A stretch of 63,727 nucleotides of DNA, counting the filler, from Octopus bimaculoides (lineage: Eukaryota): the NCBI RefSeq assembly GCF_001194135.2. It is 6 parts of 5 records of this genome, joined end to end, with 100 filler letters (N's around TTAATTAATTAA, not from the genome) between each part and the next. Parts side by side here need not be neighbours in the genome. Positions count along the whole stretch, not along the records: positions 21,674 to 33,033 come from NC_068981.1; positions 33,134 to 42,496 come from NC_068985.1; 4 more parts are not named here. The stretch is one strand, 5' to 3'. Within the stretch, counting starts at the first letter, position 1; every line of letters starts with the position of its first letter. Below the pieces are notes generated by a model, which saw only the letters and a program-made list of their open reading frames with translations, made no database searches and had not been told where the DNA came from. A program made the translations under genes and the position numbers. Below, in pieces: positions 23,752 to 35,049 of this stretch.

Positions 23752-24789
23752 AGTCTGCGATGTCGTTCATAGTCTAGTAGTGTTTACATTAATATTGTTT
23801 ATAGGAAAAATTTCTTCTCTCGAGACAACCAGTGCAGCTTATTGTCTTTTCACATCTGAATGCACACGAGCATGTTAAGCTTAACTGTAAACGTACACAC
23901 ACACATGCATATGTTATATCTAAATATGTATTATATATATATANNNNNNNNNNNNNNNNNNNNNNNNNNNNNNNNNNNNNNNNNNNNNNNNNNNNNNNNN
24001 NNNNNNNNNNNNNNNNNNNNNNNNNNNNNNNNNNNNNNNNNNNNNNNNNNNNNNNNNNNNNNNNNNNNNNNNNNNNNNNNNNNNNNNNNNNNNNNNNNNN
24101 NNNNNNNNNNNNNNNNNNNNNNNNNNNNNNNNNNNNNNNNNNNNNNNNNNNNNNNNNNNNNNNNNNNNNNNNNNNNNNNNNNNNNNNNNNNNNNNNNNNN
24201 NNNNNNNNNNNNNNNNNNNNNNNNNNNNNNNNNNNNNNNNNNNNNNNNNNNNNNNNNNNNNNNNNNNNNNNNNNNNNNNNNNNNNNNNNNNNNNNNNNNN
24301 NNNNNNNNNNNNNNNNNNNNNNNNNNNNNNNNNNNNNNNNNNNNNNNNNNNNNNNNNNNNNNNNNNNNNNNNNNNNNNNNNNNNNNNNNNNNNNNNNNNN
24401 NNNNNNNNNNNNNNNNNNNNNNNNNNNNNNNNNNNNNNNNNNNNNNNNNNNNNNNNNNNNNNNNNNNNNNNNNNNNNNNNNNNNNNNNNNNNNNNNNNNN
24501 NNNNNNNNNNNNNNNNNNNNNNNNNNNNNNNNNNNNNNNNNNNNNNNNNNNNNNNNNNNNNNNNNNNNNNNNNNNNNNNNNNNNNNNNNNNNNNNNNNNN
24601 NNNNNNNNNNNNNNNNNNNNNNNNNNNNNNNNNNNNNNNNNNNNNNNNGATGATGTTGATAAAAGTTCCAATGAAGGAGCCTTGAATCTATGTTAGAGTC
24701 CGGCTCTTTCTCTATTGACAAGAAATACAGAAATGAAACTGATTGATAACATACATGCATGCATACATACATACATACATACATAAACC

Positions 24790-26450
24790 CCTGTAAACTC
24801 CTTGTCATTCATGTTAAGGAAGTCTGAAGGATATCTCACTGGTTCACAAGGAAACAGAAATACCAAAATTACACAGTTTCTTTGTAGGTGACTTAAAACT
24901 GTATGCAAAGAATATCCATGAGATGAAAAAGAGCCTTGACCTAGTTAGTTACAACATTTTCAAAGGAGGTGGGGTTGGAGTTTGGTCAGGATAAATGTTG
25001 TTATATGGTTGTGAAAAGGGGGAAAACTATAAACTAGACTAGTAACATCTCCATCAAGAATTTGACTGTTTCCCCTGTATCTGACTAGGAATATTACAGG
25101 TATCTATAGGTGGATGAAAACATATCTTACAATGGTACCTGTAACAAAACACGTGTCACTAAAGAATATTACAGCTGAATAAAGAAAATTTGGACCTCAG
25201 AACTCTCTGCTTTAATAAAACAGTGGCCCACAATGTGTTTGCAGTGCCAGTACTCATACCAGTACTTGGGCTGCTTGATTGGACGCTCAATGAGATCCGA
25301 GCCATTGATGTGAAAACCGAAGAATACTAACAAGCACACATCATTTCCACATAAACAGTGACGTAGACCACCTCTACCAAAAACGTAAACAAGGCGGCAG
25401 AAGTTTAACATCTAGCCAAAATGCCTTTGAATATCGCATCATATCTCTACGGCAACTTCTTTTAACGACCAAGTGTTGAAGTGCATCCCTTGACCAAGTT
25501 TACATACATGAGGCTGATAACATCATAACATTTGGAAGGCAGCTCCTTGAGCAACACTCTTTGTCTGTTAACCTAGAATACATGCCCAAAGCAGTCGCCC
25601 GGCTCTACCGCAACGTATCATCAGACGAAAGGATGAGCCTATATGAGTAGAAGACTATGTATGGATTTGTTAGTACAAAGATCCATGATGATAGTAACAT
25701 CGATCATCAAAGCTGTTTATCATGGACCAATAGCTGGATTACTACCGCCCTCTTTGAAGGGTATGCGTTTGCAATCCAGGAACAGGAAATATTAACCAAG
25801 TACCTAATGCACAAAAGGGATAGAGATGCAAGAAAAACCGTAAAAGGTGACAACCGATGCAGACTTTGTGGAGTTCACACTGAAGATATCACCCACATCA
25901 TAAGCAGTTGTCCAAAAATGTTATCACGGTGTTATCTACCGATGAGACATGACATTGTAGCTAGGTCACTCTATAATGAAATCCGCCGGAAAGATAATCC
26001 CGAGGACAAAGAAATACAAACCCAAAATATGGTAGAGGCCATAGCCACTCATAATAAAAAGGAATACTGGTGGAATATACCAGTGAAGATCTCAATAAAG
26101 TGTAAGCACAACAGACCTGATATAATGATTTGGGATAGAGAAGAGAAACTGTGCACAGTTGTGGAAATTAGCTGCCAAGCGGATGTTAACATAAAGCTGT
26201 AGATCAGTGAAAAAGGGAACATCTATGCTGAACTATTGAGAAATCTGCAGTTACTCCATCCAGATTACAAGTTCAGATTTATACCTGTAATTATTGGATC
26301 CCTGGGATATGTAACACACTGCCTAAATACCAATCTTGAAAAATTAAACTTCTCAAAACCAGAAAAGAGGAAGCTAATGCGAATACTACAGATCCAATCC
26401 ATCATTGGAATTGTAAAAATCTGTAACACTTTCCAGTGTTTTATCATTTA
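24790..26450 (+). mobile_element. R4/Dong-like LINE (RT end, CCHC, RLE), degenerate
   Basis: FFVGDLKLYAK (about 24880). ORF 25657-26202 has CRLCGVHTEDITHIISSC, RHD and HNRPDIMIWD...VEISC. ORF 26236-26451 has RFIPVIIGSLG. Confidence 0.9.
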
Positions 26451-27549
26451 AATATATATGAGCATGTCTAGATATGTAACTATATGCATGAGAATACATA
26501 CATAAAACATACAAATATGCACATACATACATACATACATACATACATACATAGAAACAAAAATACCTTGTAGTTGATGCTGAAATTCCAATGAAGGAAC
26601 CTGGGTGACCTAATTGTAGATCGCTGACTACATGCTTCCAACAAGTCAGGTCTGCATGCTTCACTGCAGGACTTTCGAATAAAAAGTGGGGATGCAACAG
26701 TAAAAGTGTAATATCAGAAATACAAAGTTAAAAGTGTAAAGTTAAAAGTAAGCAGCAATGCCCATGCAAAATAATCAGCAATGCCTGTGCGAAATTAAGC
26801 TTCTCAAAACCAGAAAACTATGCTCAGGAATATGATAGCGCTATGATTTCAAGACCAAGCAAGACATANNNNNNNNNNNNNNNNNNNNNNNNNNNNNNNN
26901 NNNNNNNNNNNNNNNNNNNNNNNNNNNNNNNNNNNNNNNNNNNNNNNNNNNNNNNNNNNNNNNNNNNNTATACAGGTACATACATATATATAAATATACA
27001 GGTACATACATATATATATATATACTTATATATATATATATATTTATATAATAGATAGAAAGATTGATATGCTCGTATTTGAATATACATGTGCATGTAT
27101 ATGCATGTCTGCATGCATGTTTATACATGCTTATACATATAGTGCGTTTGTATATATTTACAAGTATGCATGTATGTGTACCTTTGTAGATACATATGTG
27201 CATGTAGGTAGGTAGGTAGGTAAGTATGTGAACACTCAAATACTAAAGATATGGAAGTTGTAATTAACCGAAAGAAATTTGAGTACGCTTTCCCTTGGGA
27301 TTAAACTAAATCATGTTTGAGTGCTTAAAATACCATCGCCAACTGCAACAAATTATACGAAATTTATTTTTGTTTCATAAGTATGTGTGTGAATTATTTG
27401 TGCAACCGTTCTAGTAGAAACGCGACCACAAATAAAGCCACGTATTTTTATCCACCGATTGTGGGACTCAGTTCTAACACATAGAAACATTACGGAGTTC
27501 TTTCAGACATGATCTACAACCATTATTAACAGACTATCGTTATCTAACC

Positions 27550-28222
27550 GGGCAAAATGTTTAGTGCCACCATTTCCCCCGTCTTAACATTCTGATTTGA
27601 AATTCCGCTGAAGTCGACTTTACAGTTTATCTTTTCGGGGTCGATGTAATCGACTTTGCCTTTCATCCTTCGAAGGTCGATAAAATAAGTACCAGTGAAA
27701 CACTGTAGATGAATGTAATCGACTAGCCTCTCTCCTCAAAATTTCAGGCCTTATGCCTATAGTGAAAAGGAATATTAGAAGGCTATGTATGGCGGCTAGC
27801 TGGCAGAATCGTTCGCACGCCGGACAAAATGCTTTGCATTTCGTTTGTCTTTACGTTCTGCGTGCAAAACCTACCGAGTTTCAGAGTCGATAAAATAAAT
27901 ACCAGTTGAGCACTGGGGATCAATGTAATCGACTAGTTTCTTTCCCCAAAATGTCAGGCTTTGTGTCTATAGTAGAAAGGATTCTTAGCAGACTATGTAG
28001 ACGGTTGACTATTATGTTTTGTTGTTATAGCTAAGGTAACGAGCTAGCAGAATCGTAGGCTTAGTCACATTTCGTTCGTCTTTACGTTCTAAGTTCTGCC
28101 TGGGTCGACTTCGCCTTTCGTCGTAGTTAAAATAAGTACCAATTGAGTATTGGAGTCAATGCTATTGACTTGCCCCCTACTCGAAATTTCTGACCTTATA
28201 TCTATTGTAGAAAGGAATACTG
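27550..28222 (+). mobile_element. Three head-to-tail diverged SINE family B copies
   Basis: Units end ...gtgaaaaggaatatt (27775), ...gtagaaaggattct (27985) and ...gtagaaaggaatac (28220). Confidence 0.85.
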
Positions 28223-28626
28223 TTGCTACTATTATTGTCCTCATCGACGCTAAAATTATTGTTGCAGTTATTTAACCCCAGTTCAAATCTGATCGATTAG
28301 ACTTTTAATCACTTAGTATTGCATTCGTAACTCTCCCCTTCATTTCGTGGTTGGGCATGTAGCAATACGTTATCTAATGCATTTTTTCTTTTTTCATACT
28401 TATTTAAGATACTGTTTCCTATTTTAGAGGGATTTCGTAGCTATTTAATATCAAGTGGATACATGAATGCCCCACCATTGACTCGTTCGGTTTTCTTTTT
28501 TTTTTTTTCAGTTTATCTGATACATGAGCAGCGAGAGAATAACTAAAGTATGATATCAAATGAAAACTGAAATTTAAAGCAGGAGAAAGAGAGACAGAGG
28601 CAGGCAGGCAGAGACTGACAGAGAAG

Positions 28627-28661
<35 letters not shown>

Positions 28662-30149
28662 ATGTATGAATTGAATGGACGGATGGGTGGGAGAATGACT
28701 GGTGAACAAGACTTTTAGGGTTGATGGAAAGAGATCCATTTCAATTGACTGCAACTGCTGCTGCTGTTGTTGTTGGCGGTGGTGGTGGTGGCTGGGAGCG
28801 GGGGTTGACCCTGAGCGAACAAACTTCTTATTGCCGTTCTAGTCGTGGCTTACTTGTTTACTTAGAGCTGTCTAGTATCACAATCTCGCGTGATTTTCGT
28901 TCTTTAATACGCGAATGTATAGTATGAAGCAATGCTGGTGCCATTTCTAACATGTCAAAAGGCTACACAGAAATTTCCTTTGTTTTGGTTGTGATATGTC
29001 TTAATTGCAAATACTTCTAATCTAATACACCTGTATGAGAGTTTTCATAGTGTACAATGATAATTGTCAATGCAAAGCAGTATGACATGCACGTTAGTCG
29101 TACAAGAACGAACAAAACTGTAAATTTCACGTAAAGATTTATTACTTTCTAATGTGTTGTCACAGTTCGAGCGACGAAAATGTTGTCAACATATAACAAA
29201 TACTATATGTCTTCCACATTACAATTATTTTATTGTCAACGCACCGTTTCAGGTCAAATCATTTGTTTGGCAAGTAAATCTCCGAAACAAATATACTCGT
29301 GTATTTCAGTTACTAACACACATACCCAGCCTTGCTCAAGATTATTAATATCCAAAGTAAATAAAGTCAAATAAATTCCCTATATTGTGGATAAATTGCT
29401 TTTAAACGATGCTGGCAATTTTCAGTTTGTTCTAGAAGGAGGTTTTACTCGAATTGTAACAATTCAAGTTGAACTTCACAAAAGTGTGTAAAAAAAAATA
29501 AACAAAGATCTTTAAAATAAAGTTTTAAACCTGCATTTTATTACTGAGAAAACTGTACTGATATACATAACTATTACAAACGAGTTATTTTTCTATACAA
29601 CATTTTGAAGTGTCTATTGCAGTGCTTGGGCATGTACAATATTCTTATTATTTTCTAAGACTTTATAAACTATATACCAAAGCATCTAAACTACTATATT
29701 TTCCTACTAGCTTTTCCACTACCAAATTTCACCATTTTCAGTAAAACACATTATTTCGCTACTTCCTCTTCAACATTTATCCGCATAAAAGTTTTACAAA
29801 CAAAAACGTTTTTAATACAAATATATTTTACATAGATTTTCATACGTATGTACAATGCATCCATCGTACTTGATCAATTCGTATACAAAGGAATATTCGA
29901 GAGTAGCTACGAAGAGTATTCTGTTCATAGATATCGCTACAAGCACAAATAGCAAATCTCTTATCTCAAAGTAGTTTTTTGTTATACTCTTATCATTTTT
30001 TGTTATCCAAATTAATTGATAGAGGGTTAAATTCCCCTTTTGTGGAAGCATTTCCTTTAATATCATTTTTTAATGTTTCATTTCTTTATATTTTATATTA
30101 TTATTTCCCTAAAAGGTATTCTTCACAAATATTAAAAGCTCTGCTTCAA

Positions 30150-30248
30150 TACATAGAGTATCAATAGATAACATCCTCAATTATATAATCATGTAATTAA
30201 TATACATGATTAATGAATTTAGATGTCATCCATATCATCAGGAGAAAA
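30150..30248 (-). ncRNA. Decayed hammerhead-containing arm (left) of an inverted pair
   Basis: Minus sense TTCTC-CTGATGA-ta...taaattcattaatcatgtatattaattacatgattatata...tctatt-GATAC; homologous to 30253-30372. Confidence 0.45.
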
Positions 30249-30252
30249 GCTG

Positions 30253-30372
30253 TTCTCCTGAGGATAACTCATCACATGTGGATAACCTATCATATTTAAA
30301 ATTATTAACCATGTATATTAATAATGTAATTATACAAAAGATACTTAGATCTATTGAAACAGCTGTAGAGAA
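30253..30372 (+). ncRNA. Hammerhead motif with a long AT-rich stem II insert (right arm)
   Basis: TTCTC-CTGAGGA-(about 90 nt)-GAAAC-AGCT-GTA-GAGAA. Perfect 5-bp stem I and palindromic stem III; the base of stem II pairs poorly. Confidence 0.55.
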
Positions 30373-30708
30373 TAATTACATTCTGAAATATCTGTGACAT
30401 TTCTGCTTTTCTTCTAAGACAAAGTTATGTTTATGCAAGATTTTCATTAATGGAATGAAACATTTATATTTGTTGCTCCTATATAATCATATCAATTACT
30501 CTGCCGATCTGCATTAAGGTTTTTCAATAGTTTGTGATAGCTTTCAGTCGAAGAAAAAAAAATATATATGTGTATGTATACGTGTGTGTATGTAAATGTG
30601 TACGTGTGTTCTAAATTATCAACGGAAAGAAATATTTGAAAGACAAGATAAAAAAATAAGTGTAATTATTAGTTTGACGCCCAGCGAAATATAAGAAAAC
30701 TAAAATGT

Positions 30709-30745
30709 CTTTGATGTTTCTGGCTTCAGGTCCCTCTTCAGAAAG
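30709..30745 (-). ncRNA. Minimal hammerhead relic
   Basis: CTTT-CTGAAGA-GGG-acctgaag-CC-a-GAAAC-ATC-AAAG. Stem I CTTT/AAAG; G16.2 replaced by A. Confidence 0.5.
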
Positions 30746-31280
30746 TTAGATAGCTTGAATGAAAAGTGCACAAGAAGAAAAGTTTAAAAAGAAAATGTGA
30801 GTAATGAAGAAATGTATTTTGGCTGTGTCGGGTCTTAAAAAATGCAGAGGTTGTATGACCGGAAGAGGCAGAAGACGAATGAAGTTACGTACTTACCAGA
30901 GAAACTATGAAGATATATATATATCTTTATATAATGCAAGAGAGTTAGGGGTTGAGGATTCAACCCACAAAGGGATAGTATCTATCCAATATACTGCTGG
31001 GTGGGTACCCAATTATTGTTACACTAGTGTTATACCAAGTGTAATAAGTGGGTGCGGGTAAAAGGGAGGTGTTTTACCCTAAATTTATATAACAATTAGA
31101 AAATGGAGGATAATATGTTGTACCCAGCGACTTGGAGGCAGTGTATTCCGTTGAATTCAATAACTTATTTTGTAATTAAAATGACAAAAAACCACAAAAT
31201 ACAAATGTTTATGACAAACCATGTTATATTGACAACCGGGTTTACAAATAGAAGTACATTAGGAATTTGGGAATAAACAT

Positions 31281-31410
31281 AAACTTACAGCTGTTTCGGC
31301 CTAGAGTTGGCATGCCCCATTCTATCCGAATAGCTCCTGCCGGAGTAATTAGCAGATGAAATGCTGAAATGGGGGTACATGCACGATTCGCTAGGCCTCT
31401 TCAGAGATTC
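31281..31410 (-). ncRNA. Type-I hammerhead with intact core and an 86-nt structured stem II extension
   Basis: AATCT-CTGAAGA-GGCCTAG-(86 nt)-CTAGGCC-GAAAC-AGCT-GTA-AGTTT. Confidence 0.75.
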
Positions 31411-31782
31411 ACAAAAAATTCCATACAAATATACAGTAAGAGATAAAAACAAAAATGAAATAGAAATAAAAATAATAATAATAAAAATAAGGGTACAGCA
31501 AGAATAAATGAAAAATGAAAATATAGAGTATAAAAATATAAAAAGCCTACAAACAGTACATGAGGTCATACAAATAGTTATAGACGCTCCAATATATACA
31601 AGTCCGTGTGCATAACCATACTTAGATGTCCAATGATTCAGGATCATATATACATGTGAGTACACATGTATGTATATATCCATCCCCTCACATATTTGCA
31701 TATTAACATATTTACATACATATTTGTATATGTATGTGTGAGGGGATAGATGGATATATACACACATGAAGATATATATATT

Positions 31783-31969
31783 CTCTTTTACTTGTTTCAG
31801 TCTTTTGACTGTGGCCATGCTGGAGCACCACCTTTATTCGAGCAAATCGACCCCAGGGCTTATACTTTAGAAGCCTGGTACTTATTCTATCGGTCTCTTT
31901 TGCCGAACCGCTAAGTTACGGGGTCATAAACACACCAGCATCGGTTGTCAAGCGATTTTGGGGGGACAA

Positions 31970-32000
<31 letters not shown>

Positions 32001-32099
32001 CACATATATACGACGGGCTTCTTTCAATTTCCGTCTACCAAATCCACTCACAAGGCTTTGATCGGCCCGAGGCTATAGTAGACGACACTTGCCCAAGAT
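31783..32099 (-). mobile_element. SINE family A, head lost in gap
   Basis: Matches 11880-12277. Confidence 0.9.
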
Positions 32100-32182
32100 N
32101 NNNNNNNNNNNNNNNNNNNNNNNNNNNNNNNNNNNNNNNNNNNNNNNNNNNNNNNNNNNNNNNNNNNNNNNNNNNNNNNNNN

Positions 32183-32213
<31 letters not shown>

Positions 32214-32301
32214 GTTATTGTTATTATTATTATTATTATTATTGTTATTATTATTATTATTGTTATTATTATTGTTATTATTATTATTATTGTTATTATT
32301 A

Positions 32302-32407
<106 letters not shown>

Positions 32408-32620
32408 AGCAGCATGTTGGCAGAATCGTTAGCACGCCGGGCGAGATACTAAGCGGTATTCGTCAGTCTTCATGTTTTCAGTTCAAATTCCACCGAGGTC
32501 GACTTTGCCTTTCATCATTTCGGGGTTGATAAATTAAGTACGCGTCAAATACTGCTGTCCATATAACCGATCATCCCCCTCCCCTCAAATTCCAGGACTT
32601 GAACCTATAGAAGAAAGGAT
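32408..32620 (+). mobile_element. SINE family B
   Basis: ggcagaatcgttagcacgccgggcg...gttcaaattccaccgaggtcgactttgcctttcatc. Confidence 0.9.
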
Positions 32621-32768
32621 GATTATTATTATTATTATTAGTCAATAAATCGTATGGTATACACCTAGTAGTTTGCTGGTAAAGCACGTTCACTAGAAGA
32701 GTCGAAACAATTGTGGTAATCAATAAACTTTCTGGTATCTCCCATTTTCCGTCTCTCGTATTAACCAA

Positions 32769-32799
<31 letters not shown>

Positions 32800-33133
32800 T
32801 GTAGATGTATGTATGTATGTATGTGTATGTATGTATGTATGTATGTATGTATGTATGTATGTATGTATGTATGTATGTATGTATGTATATATATATATAT
32901 GTATGTATGTATATATGTATGTACATGCAGATAAAGAACCCAGCTGATTTCTTTGACAATAGCACTCAGCAGAAAAAGACTGCATCCATTACCTACATCG
33001 ACATTGAAGAGGAAGATGTGATAGCTGCCATAANNNNNNNNNNNNNNNNNNNNNNNNNNNNNNNNNNNNNNNNNNNNTTAATTAATTAANNNNNNNNNNN
33101 NNNNNNNNNNNNNNNNNNNNNNNNNNNNNNNNN

Positions 33134-33165
<32 letters not shown>

Positions 33166-33209
33166 CATATATATACATATATTATACATATATATACATA
33201 TATATATAA

Positions 33210-33240
<31 letters not shown>

Positions 33241-33411
33241 CATATATACATATATATACACATATATATACATATACATATATATATATATATATACATA
33301 TATATATACACACATATATATCTATATATATATTTACATACGTATATTTACATATATATATATATACATATATATCTATATCTATATACATATATATCTA
33401 TATCTATATAT

Positions 33412-33462
<51 letters not shown>

Positions 33463-34128
33463 CATATATGCATCTTTTACTTGTTTCAGTCATTTAACTG
33501 CGGCCATGCTGGTGCATATATATACTTACATATTTTGCACATACACACGCAACACATACATACATTCATACATACATGCATACACACACACATACACAAA
33601 CACACACACACACATCTATATATACACACATATCTATATATACACACACGTACGCAAATATATATACATATACATACATACATACGTATGCATGTACGTA
33701 TGTATGTATGCATGTATGCATGTATGTAGAACATGCGAACTATAAATCTCTGAAACACAGTTCAGAACGTTAATGAGATCCATCATCAAAGATTCTTCTA
33801 CACTTGGTTCCCGCTCGTCTTTTCAAAGTGACGAATGGTAGCAACATCACTTATTTGCCCCCCTCATTAAAATTACATATTTTTTCTTACTTGTTCGATT
33901 TTTTGTCTGTTAAAAGAGCGTGAACAAATACCTCCCCACCCTTGAGTCTCTCTCTCTCTCTCTCTCTTTCTCCCACCCTACATCCATTTCATGCTACTGG
34001 AACGGAACACAGCTTTAATGGTCGCTCATAATTAGTTAATAGAACCGATGAGAAGAATAATTTAGAAGAAAAAAAAAATGAAGACAAACATAAAAAAGAA
34101 CAACGACAACAGCAACACCACCAACAGC

Positions 34129-34195
<67 letters not shown>

Positions 34196-34792
34196 GCAAC
34201 AACAACAAATGACAAAGCAAGAATGCAAACACCAAACCATATCAAAGCCAGGATAAAGATTAAGTTGAAAAAATAACCAATTTCAGTTCAAGTCATAGTT
34301 TATGTACTGATTCGCTGAATCTGGAGATCGAACTTGCAGAACAGATTGGGTTTCACGCAAAAATAGAAATAAAATAAAGATAAAGTATAAAATTCTCATT
34401 TCGCTATACGTCTTAGTTCATCTAATTCCATTTTACCTTTGATCAGAGTTCTGTGTGAATTGGAGGTTTGAATTACTAATTTATATACCCATTATATCAA
34501 ATGCTTTTCAAAGTGCAGTCGTGACAAGATAGATGAGATTTGCACTAACGGTCGTGAAACATCAGGATTAATATTATATACATAAATGTGTTTATTTATA
34601 AATTGGACCCCCCCCACCATTATCCATTAGACACCAGCATCAGTATAACACTAGCACTCACTTCAACAGTAAGACCACCACCACCACCGACACCACCATC
34701 ACTATCATCCCCACCATCAACAACATCACTATTGCCATCAAAATAAAATCAGCCTCCGACTCATTAAATTCTCACTAACGAAAAGCATAGAA

Positions 34793-34915
34793 TGGTTGGC
34801 AGTAGCCGGCAGAGTTGGTACCGCGTACGACAAAATGCATTGCTGTATTTTTTCCGTTCTGAGTTCAAATTCTGCTACGGTCAACTCTGCTTTTCATCTT
34901 TTCGAAATTAATAAA
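34793..34915 (+). mobile_element. Diverged SINE family B head
   Basis: ttctgagttcaaattctgctacggtcaactctgcttttcatc. Confidence 0.6.
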
Positions 34916-35049
34916 AGGGCTGGTAGAAAAGCCACAAAACATTCTGTTCGTCGCACAACAGATTCTGTCAAATCGCCGCTTTTATGAAATAATATTAATA
35001 ATGGTTTCAGATAATGGTTTCATCAATTTTGAGGGGAGGAGGCTGATGC

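Noticed and set aside
24655-24720. HHR-like layout ccaatgaaggagcc...ggttaga..ccggctc (also about 26585 and 46170-46200)
   Set aside because: All three copies have CCAATGA instead of CTGANGA. It appears to be the 3' UTR of the RLE-LINE, with no catalytic core.
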